Assembly: GCA_902544135.1 (NCBI GenBank)
Contig: CACCBF010000002.1
Location: 40,596 to 104,595 of the forward strand
DNA: 64,000 bases
Source of the DNA: an uncultured Pelagibacteraceae bacterium
GTDB lineage: Bacteria > Pseudomonadota > Alphaproteobacteria > Pelagibacterales > Pelagibacteraceae
Reading direction: 5' to 3'
A program made the position numbers and the translations under genes. The notes below the pieces were generated by a model. That model ran no database searches. It saw only the letters and a list, made by a program, of their open reading frames with translations, and was not told where the DNA came from. Below are positions 32,946 through 43,430 of this stretch, piece by piece (position 1 is the stretch's first letter; every line of letters starts with the position of its first letter).

Positions 32946-33400
32946 TCTGTCCTTGCGAAAAGAAAGGTGAGACTTCTGTAGTGGACTCTCGCCCAACTGA
33001 AGATGGAACAGCAATTCGTAGAAGAAGATTATGTGAGTGTGGTACTAGATTTACAACATTTGAGAGAATTCAACATCGTGAAATAATGGTGGTAAAAAAA
33101 AACGGACGAAAATCTTCATTCGACAGAGATAAATTATCAAAATCAATTTACATTGCGCTTAAGAAAAGACCACTAGATACTGAAACTATTGAGAAGTTTA
33201 TTAGTAAAATTTCAAGATCTTTGGAGGAGTTAGGCCAAAATGAAATTTCTAGTAATACAATTGGCACTATGGTTATGGAAGGTTTGAAAGATCTTGACCC
33301 TGTTGCATATGTCAGATTTGCATCTGTTTATAGAAATTTTAGAGAAGAAAAAGATTTTATACAATTTGTGGACAAGATAGATGTCTACAAAAAAAGATAA
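32942..33400 (+). CDS. nrdR: Transcriptional repressor NrdR
   Basis: Start set at ATG 32942, giving an ATGA overlap with gly[18 protein letters not shown] motif plus an ATP-cone. The ribbon cysteines are spaced CxC...CxC. Confidence 0.9.
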   Translation: MICPCEKKGETSVVDSRPTEDGTAIRRRRLCECGTRFTTFERIQHREIMVVKKNGRKSSFDRDKLSKSIYIALKKRPLDTETIEKFISKISRSLEELGQNEISSNTIGTMVMEGLKDLDPVAYVRFASVYRNFREEKDFIQFVDKIDVYKKR

Positions 33401-34484
33401 TTTTACAAAAAAAGATAAGAAATTTATGAAACTTGCTTTAGATTTAGCAAGTGCTAGAAAAGGTTTAACTGGTGATAATCCATCTGTTGGGTGTGTAATT
33501 GTAAAAAAAGATAAGATTATTTCCATAGGTCAAACTGGGTATGGAGGCAGACCTCATGCTGAACATAATGCGATTTTAAATTGTTTTGAAAACCCAAAAG
33601 GCTCTAAAATGTATATTACATTAGAACCTTGTAATCATTATGGAAAAACACCTCCTTGTACCAATAATATAATTAAGAATAAAATTAGTGAGGTTTATTA
33701 TTCAATTGATGACATTGATTTAAAGGTGAAAGGTAAAAGTTATTCAATTTTAAAAAAGAATAACATTAATGTTAAAAAAGGTCTTCTAAAAAAAGAGTCA
33801 CTAAATTTATATAAATCATATTATTTAAATAGAAAAAAAAAACTGCCTTACGTGATTGGAAAAATTGCATTATCAAAAGATAAGATTATTTATAGTGATA
33901 TATCAAAAAAAATTACTAACAAAAAATCGGATAAATTAACCCATTATCTAAGACTAAAATGTGACGGTATAATGATTACTAGCAAAACACTAAACATAGA
34001 TAACCCAAAACTCAATTGTAGATTAGAAGGATATGCGCAGCATTCTCCAAAAAGAATTATTTTAGATAAAAATTTAAAAATTGATTTAAATAGTTATGTT
34101 GTTAAGTCGATAAAAAACAGAAATACTATTATCTTCTATAACTCAAACAATAAAATAAAAAAAAACTTTTTAATAAAAAAAGGAGCTCTTTTGATAAATC
34201 AACCCACCCAAAGACATAAAGATTTTAATTTAAAAAAAATTCTTAAAAAATTATATGTGATAGGAATTAAAAATCTTTTAGTAGAGGGAGGCGATAAATT
34301 AACAAAAAGTTTTCTTCAAAAAAGAATATTTAATGAATTTTATATGTTTAAAAGTTCAAAGAATTTATTAAAAGAAAGTAATTATGTTAATTTTACATCT
34401 TCTGATATTCTGAATACTAAATATTATAAATATAAAACAAATTTTAAATTAGGCACTGACAAGGTAACAATTTATAAGAATTAA
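33381..34484 (+). CDS. ribD: Bifunctional riboflavin biosynthesis deaminase/reductase
   Basis: CMP/dCMP-type deaminase zinc motifs HAEHNA and [11 protein letters not shown], plus a C-terminal RibD reductase domain. Confidence 0.9.
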   Translation: MSTKKDNFTKKDKKFMKLALDLASARKGLTGDNPSVGCVIVKKDKIISIGQTGYGGRPHAEHNAILNCFENPKGSKMYITLEPCNHYGKTPPCTNNIIKNKISEVYYSIDDIDLKVKGKSYSILKKNNINVKKGLLKKESLNLYKSYYLNRKKKLPYVIGKIALSKDKIIYSDISKKITNKKSDKLTHYLRLKCDGIMITSKTLNIDNPKLNCRLEGYAQHSPKRIILDKNLKIDLNSYVVKSIKNRNTIIFYNSNNKIKKNFLIKKGALLINQPTQRHKDFNLKKILKKLYVIGIKNLLVEGGDKLTKSFLQKRIFNEFYMFKSSKNLLKESNYVNFTSSDILNTKYYKYKTNFKLGTDKVTIYKN

Positions 34485-34485
34485 A

Positions 34486-35079
34486 ATGTTCAACGGAATT
34501 ATATTTAACAAAGGTTCAATTACAAAGATTCTTAAAAGACCCAAAGGTATTAATATATTTATAAAATCAGATCTAAAATTAAGTGTGAGAGATATTGGTA
34601 TTTCTGTAGCTTGTGATGGTGTTTGCCTTACTCTTATATCAATTAAAAATAAGATTATGGAGTTCTATCTTTCAGATGAAACGATAAATCGTTCTAAATT
34701 TAATTTTATTAAATTAAAAGATAAGATTAATCTAGAACTTCCACTTCAATACGGTCAAAAGATTTCTGGCCATATTTGTCAAGGTCACGTTGATACTATC
34801 GGAAAAATATTAAGTATAAAAAAAATTGATAAATCTTACTTATTTGATTTTCAAATTAGTAAAAAAGAGAGAAAAAATATTATTGAAAAAGCCTCAATTA
34901 GTATAAATGGTATTTCTCTAACAATTTCAAAAGTAACAAGTAAAGGTTTTCAAATCTGGATTATTCCTCACACATATAAATTAACAAATTTATCATCTCT
35001 TAAAAAAGATAGTTTTGTTAATGTTGAGATAGATATTCTATCAAAGTACGTTAGGAATTATTTTTATGAAAAAAAATAA
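34486..35079 (+). CDS. ribE: Riboflavin synthase
   Basis: 197 aa with an MFNGII start and two lumazine-binding repeats. Confidence 0.9.
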   Translation: MFNGIIFNKGSITKILKRPKGINIFIKSDLKLSVRDIGISVACDGVCLTLISIKNKIMEFYLSDETINRSKFNFIKLKDKINLELPLQYGQKISGHICQGHVDTIGKILSIKKIDKSYLFDFQISKKERKNIIEKASISINGISLTISKVTSKGFQIWIIPHTYKLTNLSSLKKDSFVNVEIDILSKYVRNYFYEKK

Positions 35080-36169
35080 TTATTCATCAATAGAAACCAT
35101 AATAAAAGTTGCAAAAAGAGGAGGTATGTACATTTTAGTCGATGATGAAAAAAGAGAAAATGAAGGTGACTTAGTTATGTCAACTTCTGATACTAATGCA
35201 CGCAACATTAATTTTATGGCTAAATATGGAAGAGGTTTAATTTGTTTAGCATTGGATAGTATTCAAGCTAAAAGATTGAATTTATCTTTAATGTCACCTG
35301 TGAATCAATCTAGAAATCAAACAGCTTTTACAGTTTCAATAGAAGCAAAAAAAGGAATTACAACTGGTATTTCGGCAAAAGATAGGGCTAGAACTATTAA
35401 GATTGCATCAAAAAAAAATGTAAGTAAAAAAGATATTGTATCACCAGGTCATGTCTTTCCAATTATCGCACAAGATGGTGGTGTTCTTGTTAGAGCTGGT
35501 CACACTGAGGCTTCGGTTGATATCTCAAAACTAGCTAGAAAAAATAACTCAGCCGTGATTTGTGAAATTATGAATGAAGATGGATCTATGGCGAAGGGTC
35601 AAAGACTTCTAAATTTTGCTCATAAACACAACCTTAAGATTGGAAAAATTGAGGATCTTATTTCTTATCGTTTAAAAAAAGAAAAATTAGTGAAACTAAA
35701 AAAAACATCCGAAATTAAGATTAAAAAACAAAAATATAAAATTAAAATATATGAAAATTTATTAGATGGATCAGAACATTTTGCACTTATTAAGGGTTCG
35801 TTAAAGAAATCTATAATTCCAAGAGTTAGAGTTATTTCATCTAATGTTGTTTATAATTATTTAATAAGTCAAAAGTTACCTAACTCATTTGATAAAACTA
35901 TAAATTATTTTAAAAAATATAATAATTGTGTATTAATATTTATTAAAGATACTAACTTAAAATCTGTTACACAAACATTAAAAAGTTTTAAAAATAAAGA
36001 TTTAAAAAAAAGAAAAGGAAAAGATAACCTTATAAGAAATTATGGTATAGGTGCACAGATTATTAAAGACTTAAAGATTTATAAAATGATATTAATCACG
36101 AAAACACCCAAAAAAGTTGTTGGACTTGAGGGTTTTAATATTAAGATTACAAAACAAGAATTAATTTAA
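35066..36169 (+). CDS. ribB: 3,4-dihydroxy-2-butanone-4-phosphate synthase with a degenerate GTP cyclohydrolase II-like C-terminal domain
   Basis: The N-terminal half has ENEGDLVMS...GRGLICLAL and RAGHTEASVD, which are DHBPS motifs. The C-terminal half aligns in length to RibA but lacks the Cys-rich zinc motif. Confidence 0.9.
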   Translation: MKKNNYSSIETIIKVAKRGGMYILVDDEKRENEGDLVMSTSDTNARNINFMAKYGRGLICLALDSIQAKRLNLSLMSPVNQSRNQTAFTVSIEAKKGITTGISAKDRARTIKIASKKNVSKKDIVSPGHVFPIIAQDGGVLVRAGHTEASVDISKLARKNNSAVICEIMNEDGSMAKGQRLLNFAHKHNLKIGKIEDLISYRLKKEKLVKLKKTSEIKIKKQKYKIKIYENLLDGSEHFALIKGSLKKSIIPRVRVISSNVVYNYLISQKLPNSFDKTINYFKKYNNCVLIFIKDTNLKSVTQTLKSFKNKDLKKRKGKDNLIRNYGIGAQIIKDLKIYKMILITKTPKKVVGLEGFNIKITKQELI

Positions 36170-36558
36170 TGAAAAAAAAAATATTAATCGTTATAGCTAA
36201 CTACTATAAGGAAATTTCTTTAGGTTTGTTAAATAGTGCAAAAAAAAACCTTCCTAGATCTTTCGAAATAAAAGTAATAGAAGTTCCAGGTGTTTTCGAA
36301 ATACCAATTACTATATCAAAATATTTAAAAAAATTTGACGCTTTTATTGCTCTTGGTTGTGTTATCAAAGGTAAAACTCCTCATTTTGATTTCATATCTC
36401 AATCTTCAACTAATGCTATTATGAATTTAGCAATAAATTCAAAAAAACCGATAGGAAATGGAATCCTTACTTGTCTAAATATGAATCAAGCAAAGATCAG
36501 AAAAAAAAAGGGTGCTGAAGCAGCAAAAGCTATTATTTCAGTTTTATCTCAAAAATGA
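36169..36558 (+). CDS. ribH: 6,7-dimethyl-8-ribityllumazine synthase
   Basis: 129 aa with VPGVFEIP and GCVIKGKTPHFDFI motifs. Short N-terminus. Confidence 0.85.
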   Translation: MKKKILIVIANYYKEISLGLLNSAKKNLPRSFEIKVIEVPGVFEIPITISKYLKKFDAFIALGCVIKGKTPHFDFISQSSTNAIMNLAINSKKPIGNGILTCLNMNQAKIRKKKGAEAAKAIISVLSQK

Positions 36559-36959
36559 GACCAAAGTACACTGCAAAAAATAATCCAAGAGTTATAATTA
36601 TTCAAAAATTATACAGCTTTTTATATAATAATGATGACAAAATTGAATTTCCAAAACATAGGTTTAAAAAATTTATTAAAGACATTGTTCTTGGTACAAT
36701 TGAACGAAATGAAATTATTATGGAAGAGTTAGATAAAAATCTTGGCGTGAACTTTAATTTATTTAAGCTAGATAAGATATTTCAAGTTATTTTAAAATCA
36801 GCAACATATGAAATCTTGTATAAACCTAATGTGTCGATAAAAATAATCATTAAAGAGTATCTTGATGCATCTAATTTCTTTTTAAATGAGTCTCAGACTA
36901 AATATCTAAATGCATTATTAGACAATGCAGCCAAAAAGTTAAGATATTCAAATGCATGA
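36555..36959 (+). CDS. nusB: Transcription antitermination factor NusB
   Basis: 134 aa helical protein in the conserved position after ribH. Confidence 0.8.
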   Translation: MRPKYTAKNNPRVIIIQKLYSFLYNNDDKIEFPKHRFKKFIKDIVLGTIERNEIIMEELDKNLGVNFNLFKLDKIFQVILKSATYEILYKPNVSIKIIIKEYLDASNFFLNESQTKYLNALLDNAAKKLRYSNA

Positions 36960-37911
36960 ATTTGATCTAATTAAAAAATATTTTTCTAAACTTTCATTAG
37001 GCAATAAAAATTCACTAAACCTTAATGATGACGTTTTTTTTGATAAAAAAAAAAAATTAGTTATTTCAGTAGACACTTATGTGTATAAATCTCATTTCTT
37101 TGATTTTAAAAAACCTAATTTAGTAATTAAAAAGATACTCAGGTCATCTATCTCTGATTTAATATGCAAGGGTGTTAAACCGAAATATTATTTTATTTCA
37201 GGTTCGGGAAATAAAAAAACATTTACAAAATCAAATTTAAATAAAATTTCTTTTTCACTTAAACAGGAACAAAAAAAATTTGGAATTTATTTGTCTGGTG
37301 GTGATACGGTTTTTTCTAATAAATTAAGCTTTACAATTATATCTGTTGGTTTTTCTAAAAATATAATATTTAGAAATAATGCTAAAATAAATGATGATAT
37401 TTATGTATCAGGTAACTTGGGAGATAGTTATGCAGGTTTAAAAATTTTAAAAAAAGATATTTCATTAAATAAATATTCAAATAAATATTTTGTTATGAAA
37501 TATTATCTTCCAGAATTACATATTGATTTGGCCAAAAAGTTATTGAGTTTTGCAAATACATCTATAGATATTTCCGATGGTTTATTTACTGATTTAGACA
37601 AATTAATTAATAGACAGAAACTTTCTTACAAAATTAATTTAGGTGATGTACCAATATCTAAAAAACTAAAAGCTATGATTTTACAAAAAAAATTAAAAAA
37701 AATTGAATTCATATCTAGAGGCGATGATTATCAAATATTATTCACTGCATCTCAGGAAAAAGCTAGAATCATTCAAAGAACATTTAAATCTTTAGGGATA
37801 AAAATTTCAAAAATTGGAAAAATTTGTTCAATTAATCAAAAATCACAAATTATTGATGAAAAAGGGAATAAAATTACCATAAAAAATAAAGGCTATTTAC
37901 ACAAATTTTAA
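36952..37911 (+). CDS. thiL: Thiamine-monophosphate kinase
   Basis: 319 aa AIR-synthase-related fold (DISDGLFTDL). Conserved nusB-thiL adjacency. Confidence 0.85.
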   Translation: MHEFDLIKKYFSKLSLGNKNSLNLNDDVFFDKKKKLVISVDTYVYKSHFFDFKKPNLVIKKILRSSISDLICKGVKPKYYFISGSGNKKTFTKSNLNKISFSLKQEQKKFGIYLSGGDTVFSNKLSFTIISVGFSKNIIFRNNAKINDDIYVSGNLGDSYAGLKILKKDISLNKYSNKYFVMKYYLPELHIDLAKKLLSFANTSIDISDGLFTDLDKLINRQKLSYKINLGDVPISKKLKAMILQKKLKKIEFISRGDDYQILFTASQEKARIIQRTFKSLGIKISKIGKICSINQKSQIIDEKGNKITIKNKGYLHKF

Positions 37912-37992
37912 AAGTTAGTTATTGCCTTTTATTGCTTTTTTTGTATTGTCCGCCTTTTATAAATAACAAGTAACAACTTAATTAAGGTTTAT

Positions 37993-40098
37993 ATGAATTC
38001 AACTATAGAGACTATTCTTTTATACACAATAGGAGCAGGATTACTATCAATTGTTTACGGTTATCTAACTGGAAAAAATATTTTAAATTCAAGTGCGGGT
38101 AACTCAAAAATGCAAGACATTGCATCCGCTATTCAGATAGGTGCAAAGGCTTATCTTGCAAGACAATATAAGACAATTGCTATCGTTGGTGTTGTGGTAT
38201 TAGTTATTGTAAGTTCTGCTTTTAGTATGCTCGTTGGATTAGGTTATCTAATTGGTGCTACATTATCTGGAATAGCTGGATATGTGGGAATGCTAGTTTC
38301 TGTCCAAGCAAATGTTAGAACCGCAGAAGCATCAAGAAAAGGTCTAGCTAGCGGTCTTTCTGTAGCTTTTAAGTCTGGTGCTGTAACAGGTATGCTTGTT
38401 GCTGGTTTAGCTTTATTGTCAATTGCAGTTTATTATTATTTATTAATTAAATTTAATGTTGAAGAGAGAGAAATTGTAAATGCTCTTGTTGCACTCGGTT
38501 TTGGTGCTTCATTAATATCTATTTTTGCTAGACTAGGTGGAGGGATTTTTACAAAAGGTGCAGATGTTGGAGCAGATCTAGTAGGTAAAGTAGAAGCTGG
38601 AATACCAGAAGATGACCCAAGGAATCCTGCTGTTATAGCCGACAATGTTGGCGACAATGTTGGTGATTGTGCAGGAATGGCAGCGGATTTATTTGAAACT
38701 TACGCTGTAACAATCGTTGCAACAATGGTTTTATCCTCAATTTTTTTCCCAGGTGACTTATCAATGATGATTTACCCTTTAACTATTGGTGGTGCCTGTA
38801 TTCTAACATCAATAATTGGAACCTTTTTTGTAAAACTCGGTGGTAGTAAAAATGTTATGGGGGCTTTATACAAAGGATTTGTTGTTTCTGCTTTGACTTC
38901 ATTAATAATTCTATATCCAGTCACAGACTTTGTTTTGGGTTTAGATAAATCTTATGATCTTAATAATAAGTCCTTCACAGGCATGAGTTTGTATTACTGT
39001 GGGGTAATTGGATTAATTATAACAGGTTTATTAATTTGGGTAACTGAATATTACACAGGAACTAATTATAGACCTGTAAGAAGTGTTGCTCATTCATCAA
39101 CAACAGGACATGGTACTAATGTGATACAAGGTTTAGCTATTTCGTTAGAGGCTACTGCTATACCAGCACTAATTATAGTTACAGGTATTTTACTTACTAA
39201 TCATATTGCTGGTTTATATGGAATCGCTATAGCTGTAACAACTATGTTGGCATTAGCAGGTATGGTTGTAGCTTTAGATGCCTATGGACCGGTTACCGAT
39301 AATGCCGGTGGTATTGCGGAAATGTCCAAGTTACCAAACAATGTTAGAAAAACTACTGATGCTTTAGATGCTGTAGGAAATACAACTAAAGCTGTAACAA
39401 AAGGTTACGCAATAGGTTCTGCAGGATTAGGTGCTTTAGTTTTGTTTGCAGCTTATACTGAAGATATTAAACATTTTTCAAAAGAGGCTGGATCAAAATT
39501 AGAAGGTATCGTAGTGACATTTGATCTATCTAATCCTTATGTTGTAGTAGGTTTATTAATCGGTGGAATGCTTCCATATTTATTTGGATCAATGGGTATG
39601 CAGGCTGTGGGTAGAGCAGGTGGTGCTGTAGTGATAGAAGTTAGAAGACAATTCAAGAAGTACCCAGGTATTATGAAAAGAAAACAAAAACCTGATTACG
39701 CAAAGTTAGTTGATTTATTAACAGTTGCAGCAATCAAAGAAATGATTATTCCATCTCTACTTCCCGTACTATCGCCCATAGTTTTATATTTTGTTATATT
39801 TTCGATTGGTGGTCAAGTGGCAGCATTAGCCTCAGTTGGGGCAATGTTGTTAGGCGTAATAATTACAGGTTTGTTTGTGGCTGTATCAATGACAGCTGGT
39901 GGTGGCGCATGGGACAACGCCAAGAAATATATTGAAGATGGAAATCATGGAGGCAAAGGTTCAGAAGCTCACAAAGCCGCTGTAACTGGAGATACAGTTG
40001 GAGATCCTTATAAAGATACAGCTGGTCCCGCGGTAAATCCAATGATAAAGATAACAAATATTGTTGCTCTACTATTGTTGGCTGTCATCGCTGGTTAA
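37993..40098 (+). CDS. hppA: Membrane-bound proton-translocating pyrophosphatase
   Basis: 701 aa polytopic protein with [23 protein letters not shown] has Lys at the A/K position, which indicates the K+-independent type. Confidence 0.97.
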   Translation: MNSTIETILLYTIGAGLLSIVYGYLTGKNILNSSAGNSKMQDIASAIQIGAKAYLARQYKTIAIVGVVVLVIVSSAFSMLVGLGYLIGATLSGIAGYVGMLVSVQANVRTAEASRKGLASGLSVAFKSGAVTGMLVAGLALLSIAVYYYLLIKFNVEEREIVNALVALGFGASLISIFARLGGGIFTKGADVGADLVGKVEAGIPEDDPRNPAVIADNVGDNVGDCAGMAADLFETYAVTIVATMVLSSIFFPGDLSMMIYPLTIGGACILTSIIGTFFVKLGGSKNVMGALYKGFVVSALTSLIILYPVTDFVLGLDKSYDLNNKSFTGMSLYYCGVIGLIITGLLIWVTEYYTGTNYRPVRSVAHSSTTGHGTNVIQGLAISLEATAIPALIIVTGILLTNHIAGLYGIAIAVTTMLALAGMVVALDAYGPVTDNAGGIAEMSKLPNNVRKTTDALDAVGNTTKAVTKGYAIGSAGLGALVLFAAYTEDIKHFSKEAGSKLEGIVVTFDLSNPYVVVGLLIGGMLPYLFGSMGMQAVGRAGGAVVIEVRRQFKKYPGIMKRKQKPDYAKLVDLLTVAAIKEMIIPSLLPVLSPIVLYFVIFSIGGQVAALASVGAMLLGVIITGLFVAVSMTAGGGAWDNAKKYIEDGNHGGKGSEAHKAAVTGDTVGDPYKDTAGPAVNPMIKITNIVALLLLAVIAG

Positions 40099-40570
40099 TT
40101 TCTTTTCGTTTTTTTGCTCTTACGCCAAGTGGGTCATTTATTTTTTGTCTCATGCTAGACATAAAGTCATATATAAACGAATTTTTAGTTATATTTCCTT
40201 GTGTTGTTTCCTTTACAATTTTTATTTTTTTCATATCTTTTAAATCATAAAAATCTTTTTTTTTTAAGACACCATAATTATCTATCTCAAGTACCAATAC
40301 ATCATTTTTATAGACTTTCATTCTTCCTAAGTTTTTCAATCGAGATTGAGTTTGCTTTCTTTCAATGTATATCCAAACATCATTATTAAACTTACTTCTA
40401 GTTGAGGGATTTCCTAATAGATCAATAATTTCATTTTTGTTTGATTGATTTATAACTAAATTTTTTTGTTTTTTTTCAAGAAATGAAACACCATGATGCT
40501 TGACAACTTTTTTAAAGGAACAATTAGTGACTATCAAAGATATAATAAATAGATATAATATATTCTTCAT
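40085..40570 (-). CDS. bamE: Outer membrane lipoprotein BamE/SmpA/OmlA family
   Basis: Lipobox IVTNC followed by a SmpA_OmlA-like body. Overlaps the hppA 3' end by 14 nt, convergently. Confidence 0.75.
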   Translation of the reverse strand: MKNILYLFIISLIVTNCSFKKVVKHHGVSFLEKKQKNLVINQSNKNEIIDLLGNPSTRSKFNNDVWIYIERKQTQSRLKNLGRMKVYKNDVLVLEIDNYGVLKKKDFYDLKDMKKIKIVKETTQGNITKNSFIYDFMSSMRQKINDPLGVRAKKRKEINQR

Positions 40571-41036
40571 GGATAAAAATTTTATTAATATTTATAATTA
40601 TTTAATTAATTACACTAGAAATGAACAATTATACAGTTCATTAAATAGAAATGATAATTTTTCCGATAGATTAACCTTTTTTTTATTACATTTTGCCTTT
40701 TTTTTAAAAAATTTTAAAAATGAGGAAAATAAAGAACTTTTACAAAAGATTTATGATTTTAATTTTCGCCAATTAGAACTTAGTATTAGGGAAATTGGAT
40801 ACGGAGATCAATCAATTAACAAGAAAATGAAGATTTATATTAATTTATTTCATTCGATGGTGAGTGAAATTCATTTTTGGGATGATTTAAATAGAGAAAA
40901 AAAAATTGAAAAATTATCGATATTTTTAGAGGATTTTAAAGATATAGACGAATTTGTTGATTATTTTGAAGTTTTTAGAGAGAAACTATCAAAAAAAAAT
41001 TTGAATTATTTAATAAAAGGTGTAATTAACTCTTAA
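40569..41036 (+). CDS. Ubiquinol-cytochrome c chaperone domain protein
   Basis: Start set at ATG 40569 ([10 protein letters not shown]...). The [17 protein letters not shown] region resembles the Ubiq_cyt_C_chap family, which commonly lies between bamE and rpmF in Alphaproteobacteria. Confidence 0.6.
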   Translation: MDKNFINIYNYLINYTRNEQLYSSLNRNDNFSDRLTFFLLHFAFFLKNFKNEENKELLQKIYDFNFRQLELSIREIGYGDQSINKKMKIYINLFHSMVSEIHFWDDLNREKKIEKLSIFLEDFKDIDEFVDYFEVFREKLSKKNLNYLIKGVINS

Positions 41037-41038
41037 TT

Positions 41039-41221
41039 ATGGCAGTCCCTAAACGAAAACAAACACCATCGAGAACTGGTATGAGAAGATCTCAGAATAT
41101 GAAATTTTCATCAAAAAATGTTATTGAAGATAAAAAAACTGGTGAGTACAGATTATCACATCATTTAGATTTAAAAACTGGAATGTATAAAGGAAGACAA
41201 GTTTTAGACCCTAAAGAATAA
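41039..41221 (+). CDS. rpmF: 50S ribosomal protein L32
   Basis: [19 protein letters not shown]-terminus. Confidence 0.9.
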   Translation: MAVPKRKQTPSRTGMRRSQNMKFSSKNVIEDKKTGEYRLSHHLDLKTGMYKGRQVLDPKE

Positions 41222-41237
41222 TTTTTAAGATTTTAAG

Positions 41238-42242
41238 ATGACTAAATTGATAAAAATTGCAGTTGATGCAATGGGTGGAGATAATTCACCAAGAAAAGTG
41301 ATCGAAGGAATTATTCACAATCATAAAAAAAATAAAGAGAGTTTTTATAAAATTTTTGGTGACAAAGATAAAATTTCAAAGCATTTAGATAACAAGATTA
41401 ATGAGAGTTTTTACGAAATAATACATACCAATGATGCTGTGAAAAGTACAGATAGTCCATTAGAGGCCGCAAAAAGAGGGAAAAAAACAAGTATGTGGCT
41501 TTCAATTGAGAGCGTCAAAAATAAAGAAACCGATATCGTAATTTCTGCTGGTAATACTGGAGCTTTGCTAGTAATTGCAAAATTAAATTTAAAAATGCTT
41601 GAAAATATTGATAGACCAGCTTTATCAGCTTTATGGCCGAACAAAAAAGGGATGAGTGTAGTCTTGGATCTTGGTGCAAATATTGAGTGTAGTTCAAAAA
41701 ATTTAACTGATTTTGCTATTATGGGGGCCTCTTTATATAAGTCTCTATATCCTAATGATATTTCAAAAGTAGCTTTATTGAATATTGGTTCTGAGGAATT
41801 GAAAGGAAATGAAACCATAAAGGAAACTTATCAATTATTAAATGATAGAAAAAACCAAAATTTTGATTTTGAGGGGTACATAGAAGGAAATGAATTAATG
41901 AATGGTAGAGTAAATGTTATTGTTTCGGATGGATTTACTGGAAATGTTGCTTTAAAAACAGCTGAGGGTACTGCCAATTTTATTACAGAAGAGTTAAAGA
42001 AAGCTTTAAGTGGATCGTTTCTTGGAAAAATATCCTCTCTACTTAATATCACAAATCTAAAAAAATTTAAAAAAAGATTAGATCCTAGATTATATAATGG
42101 AGCGATATTTGTAGGTTTGGATACTCCAGTTGTTAAAAGTCATGGTGGAATTGATTATATTGGGTTCTCTAACTCTTTAGATGTTTGTAATAGAATAATT
42201 AAAGGAAATTTGATAAAAAAAATTAAGGAAAATATCAAATAA
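41238..42242 (+). CDS. plsX: Phosphate acyltransferase PlsX
   Basis: IAVDAMGGDNSP N-terminus, 334 aa, located after rpmF. Confidence 0.95.
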   Translation: MTKLIKIAVDAMGGDNSPRKVIEGIIHNHKKNKESFYKIFGDKDKISKHLDNKINESFYEIIHTNDAVKSTDSPLEAAKRGKKTSMWLSIESVKNKETDIVISAGNTGALLVIAKLNLKMLENIDRPALSALWPNKKGMSVVLDLGANIECSSKNLTDFAIMGASLYKSLYPNDISKVALLNIGSEELKGNETIKETYQLLNDRKNQNFDFEGYIEGNELMNGRVNVIVSDGFTGNVALKTAEGTANFITEELKKALSGSFLGKISSLLNITNLKKFKKRLDPRLYNGAIFVGLDTPVVKSHGGIDYIGFSNSLDVCNRIIKGNLIKKIKENIK

Positions 42243-42539
42243 ATGAGAACAAACTTAACTAAAAAAGATTTAGTTAATATTATTTACATGCAAGTGGGTT
42301 TTTCTAAACAAATATCAGAACATTTAATAGATGAATTTTTTTCTCTTATAACTCTAAACCTAAAGAAAGAAAGAAAATTAAAATTAACAAAATTTGGTAC
42401 ATTTTTGATTAAATCAAAAAAATCTAGAATTGGAAGAAATCCTAAAACAAAGGAAGACAAGATCATTTCTGAGAGAAATGTAGTTTTATTTAAACCTTCT
42501 AAAGAATTTAAGGAATTTATAAATTCAAAAAATGAGTAA
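42243..42539 (+). CDS. ihfA: Integration host factor alpha / HU-family DNA-binding protein
   Basis: 98 aa with the GRNPKTKE arm motif. Confidence 0.85.
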   Translation: MRTNLTKKDLVNIIYMQVGFSKQISEHLIDEFFSLITLNLKKERKLKLTKFGTFLIKSKKSRIGRNPKTKEDKIISERNVVLFKPSKEFKEFINSKNE

Positions 42540-42903
42540 ACTTGAGAGCGCTTATAAAACTATAGGTGAGGTAGTCAAAATTGTTGGCTTGAAATCTAAA
42601 AGAGGTGATACCTCTCCAACACATACCATAAGATATTGGGAAAAAGAATTTAAACAAATTAAACCTAAAATTTTAAACGGTAATAGACGGTATTATGATA
42701 AAAAAAATATAGATTTAATCAGAAAAGTTCATTTTCTTTTAAAAGATCAAGGAATGACAATAAAAGGTGTAAAAAAGATTTTAAATAATGTGGATACTTT
42801 AAAACTTGACGAAAATTCAAATGAATCTATAAAAGCTTACGATATTAGAAATAAATTAGTTAAAATTTCTAATATGATTAAAAATTTAAAAAATAATAAA
42901 TAA
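42532..42903 (+). CDS. MerR family transcriptional regulator
   Basis: N-terminal HTH (YKTIGEVVKIVGL...IRYWEKEF), 123 aa. Confidence 0.8.
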   Translation: MSKLESAYKTIGEVVKIVGLKSKRGDTSPTHTIRYWEKEFKQIKPKILNGNRRYYDKKNIDLIRKVHFLLKDQGMTIKGVKKILNNVDTLKLDENSNESIKAYDIRNKLVKISNMIKNLKNNK

Positions 42904-42904
42904 T

Positions 42905-43096
42905 ATGGCTAAAAAAACTCATGTTAAAGTAAGACTTGTTCCCGAATCTAAACCAGACAGCTCTTTTTTTTATTATGTTAAAAAACCTGCAGGTGGAGAA
43001 AAAGCTAAAATAAAACTTAAAGCAAAAAAGTATAATCCTGTTACTAGAAAACATGAAATTTTTGTGGAAAAAAAACTTCCACCCCATAGCAAATAA
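42905..43096 (+). CDS. rpmG: 50S ribosomal protein L33
   Basis: 63 aa with FFYYVKK...KLKAKKYNPVTRKHEIFVEKK, matching the L33 pattern. Cys-free form. Confidence 0.8.
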   Translation: MAKKTHVKVRLVPESKPDSSFFYYVKKPAGGEKAKIKLKAKKYNPVTRKHEIFVEKKLPPHSK

Positions 43097-43387
43097 TTAT
43101 TTTTTTTTGAAGTTTCTCTTTTCGTAATCGATATATGCATAAATCATATTTTTCCAAATTTTATTTGTGATCTTAGGATCAATATTATTTTTCTGAGATT
43201 TTTTCTTTATATTTAATAAAATTTCTTTAATTCTTTTTTTATCAACTATTTGACTTTTTTTTTCTTTTAGTAAAAGCACTTTTTGAACTAAAAATGTTCT
43301 TTTTTTAATTAGCTTTATTAGTAAATTATCAAGTTTGTCTAATTTAATTCTAATTTTATTCAACTTTTTTATTTTTAAAGGCGACAT
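43097..43387 (-). CDS. Chorismate mutase (AroQ-type, single domain)
   Basis: 96 aa all-helical protein. IRIKLDKLDNLLIKLIKKRTFLVQKV resembles CM_2 helix 1. Its stop abuts the rpmG stop with zero spacer. Confidence 0.65.
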   Translation of the reverse strand: MSPLKIKKLNKIRIKLDKLDNLLIKLIKKRTFLVQKVLLLKEKKSQIVDKKRIKEILLNIKKKSQKNNIDPKITNKIWKNMIYAYIDYEKRNFKKK

Positions 43388-43430
43388 TTATCTAATTGGA
43401 TTTATTAATAATTATTATATTTATCGCTAT

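Noticed and set aside
40500-40568. N-terminal extensions proposed by the ORF track, many starting at TTG: 3400, 13108, 23487, 28823, 32906, 40500, 43335, 46642
   Set aside because: In each case a downstream ATG reproduces the conserved family N-terminus (PyrC, signal peptide of the SBP, FolK, RecO, NrdR, chaperone-like, CtaA, L13). It also gives the short ATGA/TAATG-type junctions typical of this genome. The extensions would create long overlaps with neighbouring genes.
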